Positions 19,974-30,493 of a DNA stretch of 64,000 nucleotides are shown here, piece after piece. The notes below the pieces were generated by a model. The model ran no database searches, had not been told where the DNA came from, and worked only from the letters and a program-made list of their open reading frames with translations. The DNA is from an uncultured Ignavibacteria bacterium (GTDB taxonomy: Bacteria; Bacteroidota; Ignavibacteria; SZUA-365), in assembly GCA_913061095.1 (NCBI GenBank), contig CAJXVM010000015.1, positions 8,870-72,869 on the forward strand, in the 5' to 3' direction. The position numbers and the translations under genes are program-made. Within the stretch, counting starts at the first letter, position 1. The number at the start of each line of letters is the position of its first letter.

Positions 19974-21134
19974 ATGATGGAAAACATTTTCAGCGACGGC
20001 TCCATTGCACTGCGGCCGACCGTCATCGAGGTCGATCTCAGCGCTCTGCGCTACAACCTCGCACGCATTCGCGAGCGCGTCGGTGATGCGCGTATCATGG
20101 CGACTGTCAAGGCGAATGCCTACGGTCACGGACTCGTCCGCACGGCGAAGGAGCTGCTGCGCTCCGGCGCGGATGAACTCGGCGTGGCGTTTCTCGAAGA
20201 GGGTATCGCTTTGCGGCGTGCCGGGGTGACCGCGCCGATTCTCGTGCTTGGCGGAATCATCGGCAATCAGATCACGCATTTCCTCGAATACGACCTGCAG
20301 ATCACTGCCTCATCGGTGTTCAAACTGCGGCAGATCGACGAGACCGCCGCCGCCATGGGACGCCGCGCGCGCGTCCACATCAAAATCGACACCGGTATGG
20401 GACGCATCGGCATCCGGCATGAAAACGCTACCCGGCTGTTCGAGGCGACCGGCGAGGCGAAACATGTCGACCTCTGCGGCGTGTATTCGCACTTTGCATC
20501 TTCGCACGATCCTGACACACGCGTCACCGAGCAGCAGCTCAAGCGATTTATCGAAGCGCTGGAATACTTCCCCGCGAACGGACTTCCGATGCCCATGCGG
20601 CACATCGCCAATTCCGGCGCCATCCTCCAGCATCCCGATGCCATCCTCGACATGGTGCGCCCGGGAATCATGTGTTACGGTGTGTATCCCGGTCCGAAGG
20701 TGGAGAAGACCGTTCCCCTGCGACCGGTCCTTTCGATGAAAACCCGCGTCGTGTTTTTCAAGGTTGTGCTCGCCGGCGCCGCGATCGGCTATGATCACAC
20801 GTGGACCGCCCCGGAAGATACGCGTGTCGTCACCCTCCCCGTCGGCTACGGCGACGGGTACGCCCGCAGTCTGTCGAACCGCGCCTCGGTGCTGATCAAC
20901 GGACGTCGCTATCCCGTGGTCGGGCGCATTTCAATGGATCAATGCATGGTCGACATCGGGTCCGATTCCGCGTACAACGGTGACGAAGTCGTGCTCATCG
21001 GACGGCAGGGGGAGGAATCCATCACGGTCGAGGAACTGGCTGATTACTGCGGTACCATCCCCTATGAAATCCTGACCATGATCAATACGCGCGTCCCGCG
21101 CAAATACTGTGTCCCCGCTGTCCACGGATCGTAA
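19974..21134 (+). CDS. alr: Alanine racemase
   Basis: VKANAYGHG, HIKIDTGMGRIG, HIANS, VRPGI, GYGDG, GRISMDQ and TIPYE motifs. Confidence 0.96.
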   Translation: MMENIFSDGSIALRPTVIEVDLSALRYNLARIRERVGDARIMATVKANAYGHGLVRTAKELLRSGADELGVAFLEEGIALRRAGVTAPILVLGGIIGNQITHFLEYDLQITASSVFKLRQIDETAAAMGRRARVHIKIDTGMGRIGIRHENATRLFEATGEAKHVDLCGVYSHFASSHDPDTRVTEQQLKRFIEALEYFPANGLPMPMRHIANSGAILQHPDAILDMVRPGIMCYGVYPGPKVEKTVPLRPVLSMKTRVVFFKVVLAGAAIGYDHTWTAPEDTRVVTLPVGYGDGYARSLSNRASVLINGRRYPVVGRISMDQCMVDIGSDSAYNGDEVVLIGRQGEESITVEELADYCGTIPYEILTMINTRVPRKYCVPAVHGS

Positions 21135-21278
21135 ATCCCGCGGTTGTGAGAGGTACATGAATGCTGTATACTTACTTTCGTACAGTTCAGTGAAAGGCAA
21201 TCTTTCCCTGCCGCTGAGATGTCCAGTCATTCGTATCGCCAGCCGGGAAAGACCGTCAACATTGTCGCCGGAGCGCTG

Positions 21279-24275
21279 ATGGAAACTGTCAACGTACTGC
21301 TGATCGAAGATCACGAGGGAGAAGCCCGTCTCAACCAGCGGCTGCTGGAGCGTTCGCACACCATGGAATTTCGCTTCACCAATCGCCGCACGCTCGCCGA
21401 GGCGCAGGAGGCGCTCGCCGATTCCGCTTTCGATGTCATGCTGCTCGATCTGAATCTCCCTGATTCCTCCGGTCTGGAGACGTACAGCAAGCTGCAGCAG
21501 CATGCGCAGCGACTGCCCGTCGTCATCATCTCGGCGGTCGCGGACGACCGTCTCGCCGCGGAGGCGATTCGACGAGGTGCCCAGGATTATCTGGTCAAGG
21601 GGAATATCACGAGCGAGATCATGACACGCGTGGTGCGATATGCCATGGCGCGGATGGAACACGTGCGCGCGACCGGCGACACGGCGGGAAGAATGTCTGC
21701 GGTAGCAGCACAGGCCACGGCGCGTCCGGAAGGAAAGGATGCGCAGGCCGATGTCCAGCACGCGGATACCGCATCCATTCTGGCCGCATCCGAATCCAAA
21801 TATCGCACACTGATCGAGCACAGTCAGGATGGCGTGTTCATCGTGCGTGACGGTATCATGCTGTTCGTCAATCGCGCACTCGAGGAAATGACGGGCTATG
21901 CGTCCGATGAAATGATTGGTCAGCCGATGACGGAGTTCATCGCGCCGGAAGACCGGAAGGCGGTGACGGACCGCCATATGCAGCGGATGGCGGGCGAGGA
22001 TGTCACGCAGCAGTATACACTGTCTCTGCTCCACCGCGGAGGAACACGTCGCCGCGCCATGCTCAGTGTGGACCGCATTCCCTACGAGGACGGTCATGCC
22101 GCGATGGGGACGGTCAAGGATATCACCCAGCAGGAACGCATTGCATATCTGTTGCGCATCCAGCATCAGCTTGCGCTCGACCTGGCTTACACAAACGACG
22201 CCGAAGCCGTCTACGAGCACATGCTCAAGGCGGTCCTTCGTGTTGAAACAATTGACTGTGCCGGCGTGCACATTCTGGATCCGACTTCCGGACGCTATCA
22301 CAGCATGGCCTCGCGCGGCGTGCGCGATGTGTTCAGAGACCTGGCGGGTGATGAAGAATACGAAAACGGCTATCAGCGTCTCATCCGTGAAAGCGCCTCG
22401 GTGTTCCTGTCCGCCGAAGAACTGCGCTCGATGTCGGGACTGCGCCGACTTCCGGAACTCGGCGTGCAATGTCTCGGACTCATCCCCGTCACGCATGCCG
22501 GGCGCGTCATCGCAGCGCTTGGGGTTTGCTCTCTGACCTTCTCCGAATGCGACCCCATCATACGCCAGGCCATCGAGTCCGCCGCATCCTATCTCGGCGG
22601 AGTTCTGGCACGCATCGCCGCCGAAGAGGCACTGAAGGATTCCGAACAGCTCTACCGGGCGGTGGTGGACAAGAGTCATGACGCCATTTTCATCTACCGC
22701 GACGACCGGCTGCTGTTTGCGAACGAGCGGACGGTGGAACTGACCGGTTATTCGCGCGACGAGCTGATGCAGCTCAACGCCTGGTCGCTCGTGCATCCCG
22801 AAGACCGTGCGCGCATCCAGGACATCGCCCGCAGCCGCTCCAATGCCGACCTGAGTCCGATCGTATACGAGGGCCGTGTGCTCACCAAGGACGGCACGAT
22901 ACGGGCGGGCGAGTTCGCCACGACGATCATTCGTTACCAGCACGAGCCGGCCGCCCTCGTGACTGTTCGCGACATCACCTCACGGAAAAGCCAGGAGGAG
23001 GACCTCCGCCGCAGTGACGCGCTGCTTCGTTCATCGGGATTCGCCGCGGCGCGTTTCCTGCGCACGGCCGACTGGGAAAGCTGCATCGGCGAAGTGCTCG
23101 AGCACTACGGTGCCGCCGCGAACGTCTGCCGTGTGCTGCTGATTCAGAATGCACGGGATGCCGCCGGATATGTGCGCATGAAACAGCGTCACGTGTGGGT
23201 GCGGCGTGAGATGCGCGACACCCTTCTCGAATCGATTCCCGACGGACAGTCATACGAAGAAGCCCCTTTCCGCCGCTGGGCCGAGGAACTCGGCGCCGGC
23301 CGGCCGATCGCCTCGGTGATCGACCACATGCCGGATGCCGAACAGATCATTCTCGCGCGTCAGAACGTGCGCTCGACGGCGCTGATCCCGGTATTTCAGG
23401 GTGAGGAATGGTGGGGATTTCTGCGCTTCGATGAATGCCGCATGAGACGCACGTGGCTGCGTCCGGAAATCGACGCGATGCAGGTGGGTGCGGAAACACT
23501 TGGTGCGGCCATCAGCCGAAAACGTGCCGAGCAGGATCTCATCGCCGAGCGTGACCGGGCCGAGCGAGCGGACAGCATCAAGCAGGCCTTCATCGCAAAC
23601 ATGTCGCACGAAGTGCGCACGCCGCTCAACATCATCCTCGGGTACCTTGTGCTCGTCACCGAACTCAGCGGCGCGGAAGAAAACGAGGAAGTCCACGAGT
23701 TCGTGCAGGCCATCGACGACGCAAGCCAGCGCCTCATCCGCACGGTGGATTCCATCATGAATATTTCCCGCTTCCAGACCGAGGATATCTCCCTTGAGAG
23801 GGCTCCGCTCCGTTTTGACAAGCTGATCGCGAGCTGTGTCGAAAAATTCCGCCACCTCGCCGACGAGAAACAGATCCGTCTGGAATTCCAGAATCATCTC
23901 GGCGAGGCCGAGCTCATTGCGGATGAGCATTTCCTGGCGGAATCCATCGAGCACCTTGTGGACAACGCCGTGAAATTCACCGCACGGGGCGGTGTCACCA
24001 TCACGCTGCAGACCGGGGATGCCGACAGCATGCGACTCTCCGTGGCGGATACCGGCATCGGAATCTCCAGCGAGTTCATGAAGCGCATGTATGATCCATA
24101 CATGCAGGAGGACATCGGCTACGACCGCGTGTACGAGGGTATCGGACTCGGCCTGACGCTGGTCAAGCTGTATCTCGAGGCCCACGGCGCTGCGATTGAC
24201 GTGCAGAGCAGCAAGGGTGAAGGCAGTACGTTTGTGGTCACCTTTCCCGCGGCGGCGGGTGCGGACCGCGTCTAG
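21279..24275 (+). CDS. Cytoplasmic histidine kinase, REC-PAS-GAF-PAS-GAF-HisKA-HATPase
   Basis: Receiver (LLDLNLPDSSG), FIANMSHEVRTPL H-box, DNAVKFT, DTGIG and GIGLGL. The ORF is open from 21219. Confidence 0.93.
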   Translation: METVNVLLIEDHEGEARLNQRLLERSHTMEFRFTNRRTLAEAQEALADSAFDVMLLDLNLPDSSGLETYSKLQQHAQRLPVVIISAVADDRLAAEAIRRGAQDYLVKGNITSEIMTRVVRYAMARMEHVRATGDTAGRMSAVAAQATARPEGKDAQADVQHADTASILAASESKYRTLIEHSQDGVFIVRDGIMLFVNRALEEMTGYASDEMIGQPMTEFIAPEDRKAVTDRHMQRMAGEDVTQQYTLSLLHRGGTRRRAMLSVDRIPYEDGHAAMGTVKDITQQERIAYLLRIQHQLALDLAYTNDAEAVYEHMLKAVLRVETIDCAGVHILDPTSGRYHSMASRGVRDVFRDLAGDEEYENGYQRLIRESASVFLSAEELRSMSGLRRLPELGVQCLGLIPVTHAGRVIAALGVCSLTFSECDPIIRQAIESAASYLGGVLARIAAEEALKDSEQLYRAVVDKSHDAIFIYRDDRLLFANERTVELTGYSRDELMQLNAWSLVHPEDRARIQDIARSRSNADLSPIVYEGRVLTKDGTIRAGEFATTIIRYQHEPAALVTVRDITSRKSQEEDLRRSDALLRSSGFAAARFLRTADWESCIGEVLEHYGAAANVCRVLLIQNARDAAGYVRMKQRHVWVRREMRDTLLESIPDGQSYEEAPFRRWAEELGAGRPIASVIDHMPDAEQIILARQNVRSTALIPVFQGEEWWGFLRFDECRMRRTWLRPEIDAMQVGAETLGAAISRKRAEQDLIAERDRAERADSIKQAFIANMSHEVRTPLNIILGYLVLVTELSGAEENEEVHEFVQAIDDASQRLIRTVDSIMNISRFQTEDISLERAPLRFDKLIASCVEKFRHLADEKQIRLEFQNHLGEAELIADEHFLAESIEHLVDNAVKFTARGGVTITLQTGDADSMRLSVADTGIGISSEFMKRMYDPYMQEDIGYDRVYEGIGLGLTLVKLYLEAHGAAIDVQSSKGEGSTFVVTFPAAAGADRV

Positions 24276-24357
24276 TGCCGGCAGGTTCGATTCTTAGCCG
24301 CTGAAAGTCTATATTGAATCCGTCCAGAGCTGAAATGTCGATTGAGGAGTTCGATCC

Positions 24358-24729
24358 ATGTCCGACAGTCAAAAGCATATTCTGGTAGTCGAAGACGACG
24401 AACAGAGTCAGAAGTACATGCGTATTCTTCTTTCGCGGGAATATGCGGTTCATATCGCGGCCACCGGCCAGCGGGCATGGGAGATCCTCGAAGAAGACCC
24501 CGTTGACATGATTCTCATGGACCTCTCCCTACGCGACGGCGAGGATGGCCTGCAGATTACGCGGAAAATCCGTCTCGACGAGAAGTTCAGGGACATTCCC
24601 ATCGTCGCACTGACCGCCCATGCCTTTCCCGAGGACCGCAAACGCAGTCTCGAAGCCGGCTGCAACGATTACGTTTCCAAACCCTTCCAGTGGGTTCACC
24701 TGAAAACCGTCATGGAGAAATATCTCTGA
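24358..24729 (+). CDS. Single-domain response regulator (CheY/DivK-like)
   Basis: VVEDD, LMDLSL, LTAH and SKP conserved positions. Confidence 0.93.
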   Translation: MSDSQKHILVVEDDEQSQKYMRILLSREYAVHIAATGQRAWEILEEDPVDMILMDLSLRDGEDGLQITRKIRLDEKFRDIPIVALTAHAFPEDRKRSLEAGCNDYVSKPFQWVHLKTVMEKYL

Positions 24730-25466
24730 TGCCCCGGCAGCTATTCAGCATTCTGCTGCCTCTGCTGCTCGTGCTGCTGTCTGCTTCGGCGGGCGCACAG
24801 GTGTCGGCGCAACCGTCGGCGCTCTATCTCACACCCGAGCGCGGAGAGGCGGACATTGCGCTGTCAAACACGACCGGCACGGCGCTGCAGCTGCATGTCG
24901 CCGCTCTCGACCGCACGGAAGCAGACGGCGTGGAAAGCGGTGCGGGATCCTGCGCGGCTTGGTGCACCCTCGCTCCGGCGGAGCTGCCGCTGCCGTCTGA
25001 CGGTGCCGTCACCCTTCACGTGCGTGTGATCCCCCCCGGAGGCCTGCGGGATGGCGAGTATCATGCGGTTGTCCTCATCCGGGACGATGAAGACGTTCTC
25101 CAGCGCATTCCGCTTCATTTCCGCGTGGGCGAGGTCTACAGTGACGTCAAACTCGCGAATGTCGGTGTTGAGCGATCGAAGGAGGATGTGCGCTTCCTGC
25201 TGTATCTCGAGCAGCTCGGCAATGCCGCTTATCGCGGGAACCTGCAAATGCGTATCGAGAACGACCGCAGAGACACGATTTATGAATCCGCCGACCTTGT
25301 GGACGTGTACGGCGCGAAAACCCTGGAATATGTACTCCCGGCCGCCAAGGTGCGGAAAGGGATATATCGTCTCTACCTGAATTTCGATTCGGACCGCGAG
25401 GACCTGGGCGCGCATGCCATCCCCGTCCTTCCAAAGAAATTCAGTGTGGAAATCAGCATGTCATGA
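24729..25466 (+). CDS. Secreted protein with a PapD-like pilus-chaperone/Ig fold
   Basis: Signal peptide and a PxxLYL...SN...W(x)TLxP...GEYHA...GNA pattern. TGATG overlap with the receiver gene. Confidence 0.6.
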   Translation: MPRQLFSILLPLLLVLLSASAGAQVSAQPSALYLTPERGEADIALSNTTGTALQLHVAALDRTEADGVESGAGSCAAWCTLAPAELPLPSDGAVTLHVRVIPPGGLRDGEYHAVVLIRDDEDVLQRIPLHFRVGEVYSDVKLANVGVERSKEDVRFLLYLEQLGNAAYRGNLQMRIENDRRDTIYESADLVDVYGAKTLEYVLPAAKVRKGIYRLYLNFDSDREDLGAHAIPVLPKKFSVEISMS

Positions 25467-25621
25467 GCAGCGAAATACTACGAGAATTGCTCGGAATTGT
25501 GTACATTCACCGCAGTGTGCCGTGACAGATCCCCGAGTTTCAGCGGCGGAGCGCTTCGGGCGCAGCCGCCGGGATGTGACACCAGTCATTCGTTTCATCA
25601 GCAGGCAGCGGAAACAGATTC

Positions 25622-26005
25622 ATGAGCGTCAATAAACGGTCCAGCACCATCGTCGTCATCGAAGATATCGGTTCGATCACGAAACTGCTTTCCATCATCC
25701 TCCGCAAAGCGGGATACGAAGTGGAGACGTTCGAAACGGGAGAGGCGGCCTGTGAGTGGCTGAAGGAAAACGAGCCCGCACTGGTGCTCTGCGATATCAT
25801 GCTGCCCGGCATGCACGGTGAGGAAGTTCTGTCATTCATCCGCACACTTCCGCACGGCAGCGAACTCAACGTGCTCGCCGTTACCGCGCTGGCCAACCCC
25901 GGCGACCGCGAGCGCCTTCTCAAGCACGGGTTCACTGATCATATCCCCAAACCCATCAATCCCGGGACATTCATCTCCCAGATTCAGCAGTACATTCCTG
26001 CCTGA
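25622..26005 (+). CDS. Single-domain response regulator (CheY/DivK-like)
   Basis: VIED, LCDIMLPG, VTA and PKP motifs. Confidence 0.92.
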   Translation: MSVNKRSSTIVVIEDIGSITKLLSIILRKAGYEVETFETGEAACEWLKENEPALVLCDIMLPGMHGEEVLSFIRTLPHGSELNVLAVTALANPGDRERLLKHGFTDHIPKPINPGTFISQIQQYIPA

Positions 26006-26065
26006 TACGCGACTGCCATCATATCAATGCTTCTGAGGCACGCCCTCTGCCTCCAGGGCGTCCAT

Positions 26066-27628
26066 TCAAAACAGCAGTTTCCAGAGCGCGGTGTTTTCCT
26101 CGTACTCCGGCGTTGCGATCACGGTGCTGATACAGAAGCGTCGCAGCGCCTCCTCGATCGAGACCGTGCCGAGCGCCGAATCACGCTTGCCCGTGAATGG
26201 AAAGTGATCGGGTCCGCGCTGGCACTTCCCGTTGATATTCACGCGTCCGACATACCGTGAGGCGGGATCGACGATGCGGCGGATGCGCACCGGGTCGGCG
26301 CCGAACACGCTGCACTGCTGTCCGTACCGCGACTGCTTGATGTAGCTGAGCGCTTCGGTCTCGTCGGTGAAACGCAGCACGGGGAGAAGCGGCCCGAACT
26401 GCTCCTCGGAAAACAACCGCATGTTTGCGGTGACGCCGGTGACCAGCGCCGGACGCATCAGTGTATGCAGACGCTCACCGCCGCCGGGATTGCGCACTGC
26501 CGCGCCGCCCTCGAGTGCATCGTCGAGCAGATCGCTGAGCCATTCGGCATGCGCAAGACTGCTGATCGGCGTGAGCCGCACATTCTCCCAGGGCATTCCC
26601 GGTTCGATGCGGCGGAACTCCTCCGCAAGGCGCGCAATGTAATCGTTGGCGACATCATCGTGAACCAGAATCATTTTTATCGCGGCGCAGCGCTGGCCGT
26701 TGAAGGCGAGTGCCCCTTTCACACATTCCTCGAGGGTGATGGCGACGGGGGCGTCCGGAAGGATGATGGCGGCGTTTTTGGCTTCCAGTCCGAGCAGCTT
26801 GTGCAGACGATGCGGGTGCGGGTGCAGGCCGATCAGCCGGTCGGCAACGCGGCTGGTGCCGATAAACGCGAGCACGTCGACGTCGCCGCTCTCCATCAGT
26901 GCGGGAAGCAGCTCTTCGCTCTCGCCGAACAGCAGGTTCACCACGCCGTCGGGGAAATGCTCTGCGAACAGCGGCAGCAGATGCGCATACAGCAGGCCGC
27001 CCAGCGGCGGCGCCTTGATGATCACCGCGTTGCCCATCAGCAGCGCGGGAATCGCGTTGGTCAGCGTTTCGTAAAAGGGATAATTGTAGGGACCGACGCA
27101 GAGCACCACGCCGATGGGAAGCAGGTCCACCCGACCGACGACCTGCTGCAGCGAAGTGTCGCGACGTTCACGCTTGTCGAGATCCAGCGCGGCGTCCACC
27201 GTCTCGAGCGTGTATTCCAGGGTGCGGTCGAACTCGTTGAGAGCCTCATCGTAGACCTTGCCGACCTCCCACATGATATGCAGTGCGATATGCTCACGCA
27301 GGGGACGCACGGCTTCCACAAACATGCGCACGAGCGCGGCACGCTCTTCGAGTGAGAGCCGTGGCCATTCGCCGTCCCCGCGGTCAAACGCCCGGCTGGC
27401 GGCGGCGAGGGCTTCGAGTGCCGCCGCTTCGCTGAGACGCGGACGGCTGCCGATGCGGGGAGGAACGATGGCCTCTCCACGCAGTAGCGGTACGGGGGAA
27501 TGCACGTCCGCGGCGGGACCGTTCCATACCTTCATCCCTCCGGCGAGGTAGTGGCGGAGTTCCGCCGTGGGTGGACGAAACTGTACAGGGATATCTTCTG
27601 CCCGGGGGATGCGCTCGCTGGGAATCAT
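26066..27628 (-). CDS. gapN: Aldehyde dehydrogenase, non-phosphorylating NADP-dependent GAPDH (GapN-like)
   Basis: GPYNYP, FIGTS, GLEAKN, FNGQRC, EEQFGP and CQRGPDHFPF motifs. Confidence 0.8.
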   Translation of the reverse strand: MIPSERIPRAEDIPVQFRPPTAELRHYLAGGMKVWNGPAADVHSPVPLLRGEAIVPPRIGSRPRLSEAAALEALAAASRAFDRGDGEWPRLSLEERAALVRMFVEAVRPLREHIALHIMWEVGKVYDEALNEFDRTLEYTLETVDAALDLDKRERRDTSLQQVVGRVDLLPIGVVLCVGPYNYPFYETLTNAIPALLMGNAVIIKAPPLGGLLYAHLLPLFAEHFPDGVVNLLFGESEELLPALMESGDVDVLAFIGTSRVADRLIGLHPHPHRLHKLLGLEAKNAAIILPDAPVAITLEECVKGALAFNGQRCAAIKMILVHDDVANDYIARLAEEFRRIEPGMPWENVRLTPISSLAHAEWLSDLLDDALEGGAAVRNPGGGERLHTLMRPALVTGVTANMRLFSEEQFGPLLPVLRFTDETEALSYIKQSRYGQQCSVFGADPVRIRRIVDPASRYVGRVNINGKCQRGPDHFPFTGKRDSALGTVSIEEALRRFCISTVIATPEYEENTALWKLLF

Positions 27629-27731
27629 GTCGTCACGTATTCATTTTCACATCGCATGCGGATCATTTCCGCACATCTTTCAAAGATACGGAATCCATGA
27701 ATATCCGTGATCTTTCCCGTATCTTTTTCAT

Positions 27732-28517
27732 ATGGAACCATTTACCTTCCATCCCATCGGTGTGATTTCCTCACCGCGGAAGCACCGCTATGACGTGCCC
27801 CGCCAGGGCGTGCTCGACGCCGGACACGAGGCGGAAGTGCTGCTGCATGAGGGAAACAACTTCGAACAGGCGCTGGCCGATCTGCGCGGCTTCGACCGCG
27901 TCTGGCTGATTTCCGTTTTTCATCTCAACGATGAATGGAAACCGCGCGTGCAGGTGCCCCGTCACAGTGACCGCAAGATCGGCGTTTTCGCCACACGCGC
28001 GCCCTACCGCCCGAATCCCGTCGGATTGACGGCCGTGCGACTGCTGTCCGTCGACGGACTGCGTCTCCGTGTTTCCGAGTGTGATTTGATCGACGGCACG
28101 CCCATTCTCGACATCAAGCCCTATATCCCGTACGCCGACAGCTTTCCCGACGCCGCCACCGGATGGGTGCCCACCCGGGCGGAAACGTACAGCGTGCGTT
28201 TCGAATCCGATGCCATGGAACGCATGCTCTGGCTGCGCTCGGAGAACGTGGACCTGCTGCCCTTCGCGGAGTCGCAGCTCGAGGCGCAGCCCACCGACGA
28301 CACCCGCAAGCGTGTATCTCCCCATCACGAAGGCAGCGGCCGCTGGCAGCTCGCGTATCGCACCTGGCGGATCGTTTTCCGCGTCGACGACGACGCGGCC
28401 GCGGTGATCGTCGAATCGATCCGTTCTGGCTATTCAGCGGATGAGCTCGGCGAAGAGTCGGATACGCACGGGGACAAAGCGCTGCATCGCGCATTCATCA
28501 ATGATTTTCCGGAGTGA
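27732..28517 (+). CDS. trmO: tRNA (N6-threonylcarbamoyladenosine(37)-N6)-methyltransferase TrmO/TsaA
   Basis: PRQG, GVFATRAPYRPNPVGL and DLIDGTPILDIKPY motifs. Confidence 0.92.
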   Translation: MEPFTFHPIGVISSPRKHRYDVPRQGVLDAGHEAEVLLHEGNNFEQALADLRGFDRVWLISVFHLNDEWKPRVQVPRHSDRKIGVFATRAPYRPNPVGLTAVRLLSVDGLRLRVSECDLIDGTPILDIKPYIPYADSFPDAATGWVPTRAETYSVRFESDAMERMLWLRSENVDLLPFAESQLEAQPTDDTRKRVSPHHEGSGRWQLAYRTWRIVFRVDDDAAAVIVESIRSGYSADELGEESDTHGDKALHRAFINDFPE

Positions 28518-28523
28518 AATTTC

Positions 28524-29231
28524 ATGGCGAAAAAGATCAATCCCTTCGAACAGGATACACTGCCGCCGTTTGACGGCTTTCCGAAAGACGCCCTGCGCTT
28601 CCTGCGCGAGCTCAAAAAGAACAACGACCGCGAATGGTTCAATGCCAACAAGCAGCGCTATGAGCAGAGCCTCAAAGAGCCGATGCAGATGCTGCTCTCT
28701 TCGCTGTCGGCGCGCATGAAGGATGTCCATCCCGACATCGTCGTTGAGCCGAAAAAATCAATGTATCGCATTTACCGTGACGTGCGGTTCAGCAAGGACA
28801 AATCTCCCTACAAGACCTGGATCGCCGCGGCCTTCACATACACGGGATATGACCGCAAGCATGACGCCGCGTTTTATTTTCACATCACCCCCGAGGAGGT
28901 CGGCATTGGCGGCGGACTCTACGCTCCCCAGGGCCCGACACTGAAGAAGCTGCGGGGTTCGATTGCCGATGATGCCGAACCGCTGCGCGCGATCGTGCGC
29001 GAAAAGAAATTCAGGAAGCATTTCGGTGAGATGGTCGGCGAAGAGCTGGTGCGCGTGCCGCAGGGATATGAGAAGGATCATCCCGAGGCGGACCTCCTCA
29101 GGAAAAAGCAGTTCCTCTGCTGGAAGACGCTTCCGCCCGCCCGCGTGACCGATGCGGCATTTCTCGACGATCTCGTCGAGGCCTTCGACGCCATGGCGCC
29201 CTTCATCCGCTATCTCGTCGAGCGGTCATGA
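28524..29231 (+). CDS. DUF2461 domain protein
   Basis: NNDREWF and RIYRDVRFSKDKSPYK motifs. Confidence 0.92.
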   Translation: MAKKINPFEQDTLPPFDGFPKDALRFLRELKKNNDREWFNANKQRYEQSLKEPMQMLLSSLSARMKDVHPDIVVEPKKSMYRIYRDVRFSKDKSPYKTWIAAAFTYTGYDRKHDAAFYFHITPEEVGIGGGLYAPQGPTLKKLRGSIADDAEPLRAIVREKKFRKHFGEMVGEELVRVPQGYEKDHPEADLLRKKQFLCWKTLPPARVTDAAFLDDLVEAFDAMAPFIRYLVERS

Positions 29232-29239
29232 ACACACAC

Positions 29240-29285
29240 CTCAAGCTGAGCCCTTCGAAGCATGATGAGTCCGTCAAAGCATGAC
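29240..29285 (-). repeat. One full and one partial degenerate copy of the 27-bp hairpin element
   Basis: Minus strand reads ATCATGC-T-TCGA-AGGGC-TCAG-CTTGAG (29266-29240) and GTCATGC-T-TTGA-CGGAC-TCA (29285-29266). Lies between convergent genes. Confidence 0.6.
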
Positions 29286-29290
29286 GACGG

Positions 29291-30493
29291 TTATGCCGAG
29301 CGCAGGATGTAGGTCGGGATTTCCGCGGGACAGCCGATGCGATAGGGGAACCAGTGGCCGGCGCCGGCCGAGACGTAGAGTTTGGCGCCGTTCTTTTCGT
29401 ACAGACCCCACATGTATTTTTCGGGATTGAGGGCGTAGAGCAGACTGCGGCCATTGATGCCGATCTGTCCGCCATGCGTATGCCCGGCGAGGGTCAGGGG
29501 GATGTCACGCCGTGCCGCATAGTCGAAGCCCGTGGGACGGTGACTCAGCAGGATGGAAAACGCATCGGAGGGAGCGTCCCTCATGGCGCGGTCGATGCTC
29601 TGTTCGAAGAAATGCCGCGGCATGTTGCGCATGGACCGCGGATCATCCGCGCCGGCGATATGCACGGGCGTACCGCCGACGTCGATGGTGGCGCCACTGT
29701 CGAGCAGCAGAGGAATCGGTCCGCGCTCGTATGAGCGCACGATGCTCTGAATTCCCCGGAAATATTCGTGATTGCCGATGGAGGCAAAATGCCCGTAGCG
29801 CGCGGGGATTTCCCCCGCGAGACGGAGGGCCTCGAGATATGTGGGCGCATCGTCAGAGAAGTCACCGGTGAGAAGCACGATGTCGGGTTTCTTTTCGGAA
29901 GAGAGGGCGACCATGCGCTCGAGTTCGTCGAAACCGATGAAGAACCCGATGTGCACATCACTGATGTGCAGGATGCGTAGTCCTTCCAGGGCGGCAGGAA
30001 GATCCGGCCAGGAAAGGGGGATTTCAGGCATGTGCGGATCGCTGTAAGCGTTGACGACACCTTTCCCGCCGGTGGCGACCGCCAGCACGGGGAAGACGGC
30101 CGCGGTTGTCGTCAGGAGGCGCCGCCGCTGCGGATCAGGATGCTTCTCGGTGTTTTTTCTCTCACTGCGTTTGTGTCCGATCCACTTGATGACGCGATCG
30201 ATCACGTGGAAGATCGCGCTGAAGGGGAGTGACAGCATGAGCGCCATGCCGAGGACGAAGACGACGGAGCTGAGCGTCGCTCCGACGGCCAGCACGAGAT
30301 CGTATTCCAGAGCAATGCCGAGCGCCCAGAGCGACAGACCGATCAGTCCCGCCACGGGCACGCCGTACGAGGTTTTTCGCACCCACGCAATTTCCCACCA
30401 GTCGCGATGCAGTTTTTTCAGAAGGAAAATCTCGACGAGACTCAGGATGCCGATCGATACCATGCTGAAGAGAACGGGGAAGTATACCCTCAA
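29291..30493 (-). CDS. Membrane-anchored metallophosphoesterase (YkuE/YaeI-like)
   Basis: SDVH, TGD, GNHE, LSH and GHTHGGQ motifs, with N-terminal TM segments. Confidence 0.92.
   Translation of the reverse strand: MRVYFPVLFSMVSIGILSLVEIFLLKKLHRDWWEIAWVRKTSYGVPVAGLIGLSLWALGIALEYDLVLAVGATLSSVVFVLGMALMLSLPFSAIFHVIDRVIKWIGHKRSERKNTEKHPDPQRRRLLTTTAAVFPVLAVATGGKGVVNAYSDPHMPEIPLSWPDLPAALEGLRILHISDVHIGFFIGFDELERMVALSSEKKPDIVLLTGDFSDDAPTYLEALRLAGEIPARYGHFASIGNHEYFRGIQSIVRSYERGPIPLLLDSGATIDVGGTPVHIAGADDPRSMRNMPRHFFEQSIDRAMRDAPSDAFSILLSHRPTGFDYAARRDIPLTLAGHTHGGQIGINGRSLLYALNPEKYMWGLYEKNGAKLYVSAGAGHWFPYRIGCPAEIPTYILRSA

Noticed and set aside
20931-22943. 670-aa minus-strand ORF (likewise 10734-12443, 44736-46196 and 49779-51239)
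   Set aside because: These are antisense shadows of well-supported genes.
28180-28430. RelE/ParE-like toxin domain fused to TrmO
   Set aside because: The pattern matches the normal C-terminal domain of two-domain TrmO/YaeB proteins, and no antitoxin is adjacent.
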